Virus record (IMG/VR): IMGVR_UViG_3300045988_128026
Span: 23,157-87,156 of that record
DNA from: a virus
DNA length: 64,000 bases
Strand: one strand, 5' to 3'
Shown one piece after another: positions 57,482 to 64,000 of the stretch. Position 1 is the first letter of the stretch. Each line of letters begins with the position of its first letter. The position numbers were made by a program, and so were the translations under genes. The notes beneath the pieces were generated by a model that had not been told where the DNA came from, made no database searches, and saw only the letters and a list, made by a program, of their open reading frames with translations.

Positions 57482-57499
57482 ATTTTCCACCACCTTATT

Positions 57500-58273
57500 C
57501 TATAAACAATAACTAATTAACCATTCTTTTCCATCGTACTTTACAAAACTATACCCATCCATTGGAATTTTTGTTTCCAACATCTTCTTAATTTTCTTAT
57601 CTGCTTCAATTTCATCTGCATCTTCATGAAAATTTTTCATAAATTCAAAATTTTCTGTAAAATCTTCTAATGTATAAACAACCGTGCCATTGTTTAAATG
57701 CTTTTCTGCTTCTTTTCTAGTACAGCCATCTTCCATTAAAATTTCCACATTTTTTTCCATAGCCCAAAGTTCTTTTAGAAGCTGGATCACAAATTCTGGA
57801 TATTCCATAAAGTAATACCATTCATAAGCTGATTCTATCTGATCCATTTCTTCTCTAATGAGATCTTCATGGCATTCATTGATATATCCGTTTTCATCTT
57901 CGTGTCCTCTAATGAGATCTTCATAGTATTCGTCGGTATATCCGTTTGCATTTGCCCACGTTTCAAAATCCATTGCTGTTCTCTGGAATTCTTTTACCTT
58001 GCTACTAATTCGTTGCAAGTCATTTCTTTCAATTGTGATCAAAGGATTTCCGTCATCGTCATAAAGATCTTCCCATAGGTCTTTACTCCATTTTGATTTT
58101 GGCTCGTTCTGCATACAGATGTTTGTTAATCCATTTACGTTCCAGCCCGTTGTGGCTACTAATTTTCCAGTTTCTTTCTCTACCCCATAAAACATTCCAG
58201 GTTTCACACAAAAACCGCTATATGAAGCATGTTTAAAATGCTTTGGTAGAATCATTTCTTTAAATTCGTACAT
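57500..58273 (-). CDS. hypothetical protein
   Basis: ORF track; start at the ATG after GGCGGTTGGAAATT. Confidence 0.3.
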   Translation of the reverse strand: MYEFKEMILPKHFKHASYSGFCVKPGMFYGVEKETGKLVATTGWNVNGLTNICMQNEPKSKWSKDLWEDLYDDDGNPLITIERNDLQRISSKVKEFQRTAMDFETWANANGYTDEYYEDLIRGHEDENGYINECHEDLIREEMDQIESAYEWYYFMEYPEFVIQLLKELWAMEKNVEILMEDGCTRKEAEKHLNNGTVVYTLEDFTENFEFMKNFHEDADEIEADKKIKKMLETKIPMDGYSFVKYDGKEWLISYCL

Positions 58274-58282
58274 AATTTCCAA

Positions 58283-58568
58283 CCGCCTTTCTTCCTACTT
58301 AAGGACTTTGTTTGTTGTTCTTCTTTATTATACACGATAATTTCCATCGTGTGAAGTGACGGGGAGGAATTGAACCGCCCGATAAAAGCACTCTTTTATC
58401 TACCATACGCCACCGTTTTTCCGTTCCAATACGTCACTACCATCAACCAGTAGTACAGTCTTTCCGTTCATATAAAGTAACTATTAGCTTCAATAGTCGA
58501 GTCTTTCCGTTATGGTGTAGTCTGCTTCATTACAGACAGTAAAAGCCTTTAATTGGCTATGTAATAAA
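58283..58568 (-). other. 286-nt structured noncoding gap: three ACGGAAA(G/A)AC repeats, tRNA T-arm/acceptor-like element, 8-bp hairpin GATAAAAG-agtg-CTTTTATC, minus-strand TATAAT
   Basis: Read directly on minus strand; no ORF. Confidence 0.3.
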
Positions 58569-58823
58569 CTATGTACGGCATACAGAGAAGTTGAATAGAT
58601 TAGCTGGATCTTCTTTTAAAATTTCCGTCATGTCGTTGACTGCTTCTTCTTGCGTTCTGTATTTCCGAAAAATTCCGAACGTGTTCTTGAATAGCAAGAA
58701 ATATTTGTAGCCAAACAAATCATCGTCAATTCCAGCGTTTGGCGGATTTTCCGTAAAGTATAACGTGTTATACTTGCGTTCTACGTGGCACACAAGTGCT
58801 GTCATTGTCGTTCTGCGACTCAT
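58569..58823 (-). CDS. hypothetical protein
   Basis: ORF track; start at the ATG after GTAGGTGGAAAGA. Confidence 0.3.
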   Translation of the reverse strand: MSRRTTMTALVCHVERKYNTLYFTENPPNAGIDDDLFGYKYFLLFKNTFGIFRKYRTQEEAVNDMTEILKEDPANLFNFSVCRT

Positions 58824-58839
58824 TCTTTCCACCTACTTT

Positions 58840-59028
58840 CTATTCTTCTTTATATTTAAAATAAACATCTACGTTGTTCTTATCATCACGGCTCCAACTA
58901 GATCCAACGTATTTTCCACTTGCTCCGCAATCTTCAAGATCAAACTCACAGCATAAATCATTATATTCATCGGGTGTATCACAAAAAATTTCCGTTCTAC
59001 CATCGGGATATGTATTTCTTGTTATCAT
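58840..59028 (-). CDS. small Cys-containing hypothetical protein
   Basis: Start moved to an internal ATG preceded by GGGAGTTGGAAATT; this removes the overlap with the next gene. Confidence 0.3.
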   Translation of the reverse strand: MITRNTYPDGRTEIFCDTPDEYNDLCCEFDLEDCGASGKYVGSSWSRDDKNNVDVYFKYKEE

Positions 59029-59045
59029 AATTTCCAACTCCCTTC

Positions 59046-59318
59046 TTATAATCTTTCCATCAGTTCTACCGCTAAGATGTACGCCACATACTTCCATACG
59101 TTCACATAGTCCTTTAGATCTTCCAGTCTACATTGCAATGCCGTGTGAATCATTCCATCGCAGAAGCCCTTGCATTTAAGTTCTGCGATAAGATCACGTT
59201 TTGCAATCGGTGGCAAGGCAGATACTTTGATTTTTCCAATATCAAAAGTATTTCGTTCTTCCTTCTCAATTGTCTGAATTACTACTGTTTTGCGTTCTGT
59301 CATCTTTAAAATTTCCAT
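59046..59318 (-). CDS. hypothetical protein
   Basis: ORF track; RBS AAAGGAGAT. Confidence 0.3.
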   Translation of the reverse strand: MEILKMTERKTVVIQTIEKEERNTFDIGKIKVSALPPIAKRDLIAELKCKGFCDGMIHTALQCRLEDLKDYVNVWKYVAYILAVELMERL

Positions 59319-59348
59319 TCTATCTTATCTCCTTTTCTTTCTTATAAA

Positions 59349-59684
59349 TCATTCTGCGATATTTGTAATCACAATATAATTTCCATTTCCCTTAAGATAT
59401 AACAATTCATACACCTCCCCATCGTATCCGCCATTATTTTGTTTATAGCCATCTAGCGTATTGTATTTTTCATAGTTAATAATGTAATCACACATATCAT
59501 ATAAACCAGTTTCCATTGCTTCTTTATTTCTATATTCAATTTCATTCTTATCTTTATACTTATGACTATTTACATTGTCGTAGCTACATTTTACAAATGG
59601 CACATTAAGATATTTTGCAAGATCATTTTCAATTTCTTTTAGTTCTGCTTCATCTTTTTTCAATTCATATCTATTTCCAATCAT
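59349..59684 (-). CDS. hypothetical protein
   Basis: ORF track; RBS AGGAGG. Confidence 0.3.
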   Translation of the reverse strand: MIGNRYELKKDEAELKEIENDLAKYLNVPFVKCSYDNVNSHKYKDKNEIEYRNKEAMETGLYDMCDYIINYEKYNTLDGYKQNNGGYDGEVYELLYLKGNGNYIVITNIAE

Positions 59685-59686
59685 AT

Positions 59687-60175
59687 CTATTGTTCCTCCT
59701 GGTTATCTTTCTTTGTAATTGTTATGTCGTATCCCATTTCTTTCCAATACCACAGTGTTTCACTTTTAATATGGTCTAATGTACATAATCTCACATGACT
59801 TTTTTCAAGATCAGCCATATAAAGTTCCGTATTTGTTTCCATAACTAAAATCATTGGGAAATTACCCGTATACTCTACCTTGTGATGATATGGACTTGCT
59901 ATTGTATACATATCGTTTATTTTTTCCAATTCTTTTTTATTTTTAATGGTAACATATGTATATTTGTAGTCTGTACTTGCTTCTTGATATACTGGACATT
60001 CGCCTTGCTTCATTGGTAAAGAGTTAATCAATTTATTCCAGCGTTCTTGTAGATTTATTCTTCTATTATCTTCTTTGATCCAATTTTCATGCTGGATACA
60101 ATCCCATTTGTCTGTATAATAAATTCCATCATCTGAAATATAATATGTTTTTGCTTCTTTGATTTCTGTTCTCAT
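59687..60175 (-). CDS. hypothetical protein
   Basis: ORF track. Confidence 0.3.
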   Translation of the reverse strand: MRTEIKEAKTYYISDDGIYYTDKWDCIQHENWIKEDNRRINLQERWNKLINSLPMKQGECPVYQEASTDYKYTYVTIKNKKELEKINDMYTIASPYHHKVEYTGNFPMILVMETNTELYMADLEKSHVRLCTLDHIKSETLWYWKEMGYDITITKKDNQEEQ

Positions 60176-60195
60176 GATCTTCCATACCTCCTATT

Positions 60196-60507
60196 CTATG
60201 CCGTTTCCAGTTTTTCTTTCTCATACTCTTCACGATCCTTATAGTACATATCTAACAGTTCTCTATACTTCTTTTCGCTATCTGTCATGTACAGTTCGTT
60301 GACACTTGACCATTCATTCAAGCCCTTTTCTAAGATCATCACGTACTTTCTTAGCTTAACTCTGCCCCATTTCATATTGTTATTTCCAATATCAAAGAAA
60401 TAGTTATCTAACATACAGCCTTCAAAACTATCTTCTAAGTAATCATCTAAAGTCGTGCAAAACATTTCTACTGTATCATTATCAATAATCGTTCTATAAT
60501 CTTTCAT
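60196..60507 (-). CDS. hypothetical protein
   Basis: ORF track; start at the ATG after GAAGGTATGGAAATT. Confidence 0.3.
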   Translation of the reverse strand: MKDYRTIIDNDTVEMFCTTLDDYLEDSFEGCMLDNYFFDIGNNNMKWGRVKLRKYVMILEKGLNEWSSVNELYMTDSEKKYRELLDMYYKDREEYEKEKLETA

Positions 60508-60525
60508 AATTTCCATACCTTCTTT

Positions 60526-60759
60526 CTAAGCCGTAATCAGTTCATAATCTTCCAGTAACGTCATCAAGTTTGCTTTTTTCCATCTATGTAAGACTCGATC
60601 GCCCATTTCATTTCTGATAGGTTTAGCAAGCTGATTCCCATTGTGATCTTTCTTCCATTGCATAAACTGTTTTACTGAGTTGTGATAATATCCATCGTTA
60701 TGGACTTCTATATATTTGTTCTCGTTTCTTTTGTTTCTGTAAATAGTAACAGTTGTCAT
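60526..60759 (-). CDS. hypothetical protein
   Basis: ORF track; start at the ATG after GAAGGTTGGAAATT. Confidence 0.3.
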   Translation of the reverse strand: MTTVTIYRNKRNENKYIEVHNDGYYHNSVKQFMQWKKDHNGNQLAKPIRNEMGDRVLHRWKKANLMTLLEDYELITA

Positions 60760-60776
60760 AATTTCCAACCTTCTTT

Positions 60777-61385
60777 TTATCTGATTTTTCCATTATCTGC
60801 CACGACTTCTACATCATCACAATAACTATTGCAAGGATTCCATACACAATAGCTTGTTATGTGTTTTCCCTTGCGTACACGTTTGTTATAGGCAATATAG
60901 TAGTTTTTTCCATACGTTCCATGTCTACCTCCAGCAGAAACACTTTTAATAATTTCCACGTAAATCGTATGTCGTGTGGCACGTTCACGGATCATTTTAT
61001 CCGTTAATTTTCTAGTGTTGATATACTTTACCTTATAGGCGTTTAGATCGTAATTTCTGCGTATATAATCGTTTACAAGCTGGATATTTCTATTCTTTGC
61101 ATTGATCTTTACGATCGAATCATCGAGCTTGTTTCTAGTGCCGTGAGTATTGAATTTTACAGTTACAACGGTAGTCTCTGGATAGGCATATGATTCCTTG
61201 CGAACTTTCCAGCAATAACCATCTGCCGTGTCAATTGTGCCGTCACTGTTATAAATGCCGTTTATCGTTCTGTACGTGCTTCTTTTTGTCTTTGCGTGTA
61301 CAGTATTTCCAAAGATTAAAAAAGCCGTAAACATGAGTGCTACAGCTAATAGGATCTTGATTGTTTTGTTCTGTTTTGTTCTCAT
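60777..61385 (-). CDS. secreted or membrane-anchored hypothetical protein
   Basis: Start at an ATG with RBS AGAAAGAAGG; signal-peptide-like KILLAVALMFTAFLIFGNTVHA. Confidence 0.35.
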   Translation of the reverse strand: MRTKQNKTIKILLAVALMFTAFLIFGNTVHAKTKRSTYRTINGIYNSDGTIDTADGYCWKVRKESYAYPETTVVTVKFNTHGTRNKLDDSIVKINAKNRNIQLVNDYIRRNYDLNAYKVKYINTRKLTDKMIRERATRHTIYVEIIKSVSAGGRHGTYGKNYYIAYNKRVRKGKHITSYCVWNPCNSYCDDVEVVADNGKIR

Positions 61386-61404
61386 TGTGTGTTTACCTTC
61401 TTTC

Positions 61405-61800
61405 TTAATATTCAAAATTCGGAAATAGTTCGTATAAATCTTCTTCATCTATGTATTTTCCATTAATTGTGATACTAACGGCATAGGATACAAAATATTT
61501 TCCATTATCATCTTCTAAACCATCATCATCTTCTTGTTTCCAAAAAGAAAAGCAACTACCACAAATACAAATATCTTTTGCTTCTAAATTGTTAATAAAA
61601 TGCTGATTGATTTCATTAAGAACGAATTGTTCAAAATTGAAATTTTCCGCTTTTGCTAATGTGGATTTTCCCGTTAACCAGTCTGCATCTTTTCCACGTA
61701 AAGGATCAATAAGTTCTCCATGTTCATTCTCTTGAAATATGTCGGCAGAAATCCCATGCAATTTAATTGTGTCAAGTTCTCTATATTTTTCAAAATTCAT
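61405..61800 (-). CDS. hypothetical protein
   Basis: ORF track; start at second ATG. Confidence 0.3.
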   Translation of the reverse strand: MNFEKYRELDTIKLHGISADIFQENEHGELIDPLRGKDADWLTGKSTLAKAENFNFEQFVLNEINQHFINNLEAKDICICGSCFSFWKQEDDDGLEDDNGKYFVSYAVSITINGKYIDEEDLYELFPNFEY

Positions 61801-61818
61801 AATCATTTACCTTCTTTC

Positions 61819-62010
61819 TTATTCTGTATCTGTATCATCATCAAAAAATCCAACGCAAGCAAGCATATAGACAGCGGTAATCATTACCAACAACGCTTCT
61901 AATATAAAGGCTTGCGGGATCTTTATAAACGCAATAATAGCCATTGCAATTCCTACAATCGCAACGGCTATATCTATCGGTTGTGGTTTATGTAATTGTA
62001 TTTTTTCCAT
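61819..62010 (-). CDS. small membrane protein
   Basis: Hydrophobic IAVAIVGIAMAIIAFI...LLVMITAVYMLACVGFF. Confidence 0.3.
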   Translation of the reverse strand: MEKIQLHKPQPIDIAVAIVGIAMAIIAFIKIPQAFILEALLVMITAVYMLACVGFFDDDTDTE

Positions 62011-62025
62011 TGTTCTTTCCTCCTC

Positions 62026-62277
62026 CTACTCGTCAACTCTTTCTATCATAAAATTACCACCGTGATATAAGTTCAGTCCGTGATTTCCACCAGTGATATA
62101 CATATCATCAGTGATCCCATCACGTTCTATATCTTCATCTGAAACAAATACGCCCATATTTCCATTAGATTCTAGTTGATCGATCGCAAGATCTAAGATT
62201 GCACCATAATCCGTTGTAGGTTCGTCAACTGTTACAAGTTCGCTGAAATAACCAAAAATCACTTTATATTTTGTCAT
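62026..62277 (-). CDS. hypothetical protein
   Basis: ORF track. Confidence 0.3.
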   Translation of the reverse strand: MTKYKVIFGYFSELVTVDEPTTDYGAILDLAIDQLESNGNMGVFVSDEDIERDGITDDMYITGGNHGLNLYHGGNFMIERVDE

Positions 62278-62370
62278 AATATCCTTCCTTCTGCCCTTTA
62301 CGGGACTTTATTTCTTTATAAGTTCAATAAAATAGACAAGTCGTGTTTTGACTTGTCTATAATATTCAAT

Positions 62371-62733
62371 CTATAAATACGCCACAAACTCTGAAAAATC
62401 AACCGTATCATATAAGTTCTTGATTTTCTCATGATATACATTGTCAAGTTCTTCTTGAGTATCTACCCACGGCATACCATTAAAAACCTTCTCAGCTTCT
62501 TGTAAGATATACTGTTTTGCTAATGGCTGTAAATCACAAACAACCGTTTCTGCTTCTTTATGTGGGCAAAACGGTTCAATAAGATCCATTCTTATGTTAT
62601 CTTGAATATAACTTTCCAAACTTGAACCGTTCTTTTTATCATCTGATTTATTAAAAAATTCTAACAGTTGTCCAACCGTTAGAATTTTAATCTCATTGTC
62701 ATCATATTCATCAGCATATAAATATTGTTCCAT
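62371..62733 (-). CDS. hypothetical protein
   Basis: ORF track; RBS AAGGAG. Confidence 0.3.
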   Translation of the reverse strand: MEQYLYADEYDDNEIKILTVGQLLEFFNKSDDKKNGSSLESYIQDNIRMDLIEPFCPHKEAETVVCDLQPLAKQYILQEAEKVFNGMPWVDTQEELDNVYHEKIKNLYDTVDFSEFVAYL

Positions 62734-62749
62734 AATTCAAACACTCCTT

Positions 62750-62965
62750 TTATTTAATATCGTTTAGTGTATATGGTTTATCGTTAATATAATCTTGTGA
62801 TTCTAACCCTTCTTTACAATTATGGTAATAATTTAACAACATTACTATTTCATGATCGGGTATACACATTTCATTATCGTCATTACCAAACCTTTTAACA
62901 AAAATCCCGTTTGGCGTTTCTTTGATTGTAAATAAACTATCGTTGTTTGTATGTATTATTTTCAT
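62750..62965 (-). CDS. hypothetical protein
   Basis: ORF track; RBS AGGAGG. Confidence 0.3.
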   Translation of the reverse strand: MKIIHTNNDSLFTIKETPNGIFVKRFGNDDNEMCIPDHEIVMLLNYYHNCKEGLESQDYINDKPYTLNDIK

Positions 62966-62978
62966 GATTAATAACCTC

Positions 62979-63377
62979 CTAAATAATAATATTACTTTCT
63001 TTTTTAAGTAGCTTTCTAAACTCCCTAAAGCAAAGATAATCCATTAAGTTTGCCGTTTCTTCCACGTCAACAACTTCTCTTCCAGTCCAGTCTTTCATGA
63101 TAATACTTGATACTCTTTCATCATCTTTGTATAGACAATAAATATCAGCACCAAAACCACGCAACCCCATGTGGAAATGTTTCCACTTTTCAAAGTTGGT
63201 GTATTTATCATAAATACCGCCGTTGATTTCATCTGTTATGATATTCCAGTAAGTAAGAAAAGGACTGTTTTCACAGTCCTTTTTATCATACTCGTGTGCT
63301 TCTAACCAATCTTTGATTGATTCCGTTAAATAGATTCTGATTTTTTTGTTGATTTCTTTGTTATATGTAATACTCAT
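62979..63377 (-). CDS. hypothetical protein
   Basis: ORF track; RBS AGAAAGAAGG. Confidence 0.3.
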   Translation of the reverse strand: MSITYNKEINKKIRIYLTESIKDWLEAHEYDKKDCENSPFLTYWNIITDEINGGIYDKYTNFEKWKHFHMGLRGFGADIYCLYKDDERVSSIIMKDWTGREVVDVEETANLMDYLCFREFRKLLKKESNIII

Positions 63378-63397
63378 AATATACCTTCTTTCTAAAT

Positions 63398-63760
63398 CTA
63401 ATTATAGAAAATAGCATGAACTAATTCTTGTATGCCTCCATTTGTTGTATCTTTTGCACCAATTAATGGATACCATGACACATAAAAAAGATCTAGTCCA
63501 TAGATTTCTTTGAAAGTTTTTTGTAATCGTTTAAACCATTTACTTTCTCGTTCTTCACTCTTATGAGTGCTTACTCGATTATAAGTATTTTCATTGTTTG
63601 TAAGTATTAAATTCCTATTAGCTAATCCACACAAACGATAATAAGAATTCATTATTTTACGTGCTTCTTTATAATCCGCTGGTGTTGGGTTGCTAGTTTT
63701 ATAACTAATTAATATATCTAGTTCTTTTTCTCTTCTTTCTGCGATTGTTAGTTTTTTCAT
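63398..63760 (-). CDS. hypothetical protein
   Basis: ORF track; RBS AGAAAGAAGG. Confidence 0.3.
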   Translation of the reverse strand: MKKLTIAERREKELDILISYKTSNPTPADYKEARKIMNSYYRLCGLANRNLILTNNENTYNRVSTHKSEERESKWFKRLQKTFKEIYGLDLFYVSWYPLIGAKDTTNGGIQELVHAIFYN

Positions 63761-64000
63761 AATAATATACCTTCTTTCTTAAGTTACCCTACATAAAAGC
63801 GGGATTTTAAATAGTTACAATAAAAAAGACACAATCTTTTTTAGATCGTGCCTTTGGTTTACTGGTTACAATGGCAAGATACCCAACAATTCGGTTGATT
63901 GCAAGGGTGTAAACCTTTACCGCCGTTATTCTCCGGGCAATGTTTACAATTGCCAATGTTATTTTCAGAGTACATAAATTTTATATACTCATTTTGTGTA

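Noticed and set aside
58357-58437. A second tRNA gene on the minus strand (T-loop TTCAATT, acceptor pairing 6/7).
   Set aside because: There is no pairing D-stem, and the central stem has a 4-nt loop rather than a 7-nt anticodon loop. Kept only as part of a structured noncoding region.

Overview
AT-rich (about one-third GC by eye) 64-kb segment that reads as part of a large bacteriophage genome of a low-GC Gram-positive host. Shine-Dalgarno sequences are AGGAGG/GAAGG-like and consensus sigma-A-type promoters are present. Transcription is almost entirely on the minus strand (high to low coordinates); the only convincing plus-strand gene is a Cro/XRE-like HTH at 30055-30258. Order along the transcripts (64000 -> 1) is: ~40 small early ORFs of unknown function, three BRO-N anti-repressor-like proteins, a tyrosine recombinase, a metallophosphoesterase, a MazF-like protein, then an NAD+ metabolism island (PncA nicotinamidase, Prs-like, Nampt-like, HAD phosphatase, NadE). 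Next come a flotillin (SPFH) and PspA-like membrane pair beside a tRNA-like gene carrying an insertion, then a block of small genes with two paralogous sigma factors, an NrnA-like DHH/DHHA1 phosphoesterase, a Pol-beta nucleotidyltransferase / HigA-like HTH / unknown trio and a nucleoside 2-deoxyribosyltransferase-like protein. The segment ends with a complete replication module: SSB-like, RecA/UvsX-like, DnaB-like, primase, RecJ-like DHH, DnaE polymerase, RecD-like helicase, a secreted 3D-domain muralytic protein and an NAD+-dependent DNA ligase that runs off the window start and is absent from the ORF track. Main points of interest follow. (1) The NAD+ island, whose adjacent Prs-like and Nampt-like pair fits a phage NAD+ reconstitution pathway and sits in the same genome as an NAD-dependent ligase. 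(2) A phage-borne PspA-like plus flotillin membrane module. (3) A tRNA-like gene with a ~65-nt insertion in its anticodon loop. (4) A 49-bp promoter element present twice, upstream of the muralytic gene and of the MazF-like gene. (5) A replisome-organizer-like gene interrupted by a single in-frame TGA. (6) A consensus promoter driving a short structured plus-strand transcript (candidate sRNA). (7) Large unannotatable proteins (689 and 444 aa) flanking the NAD island. All product calls rest on motif recognition by eye; no database search was possible.
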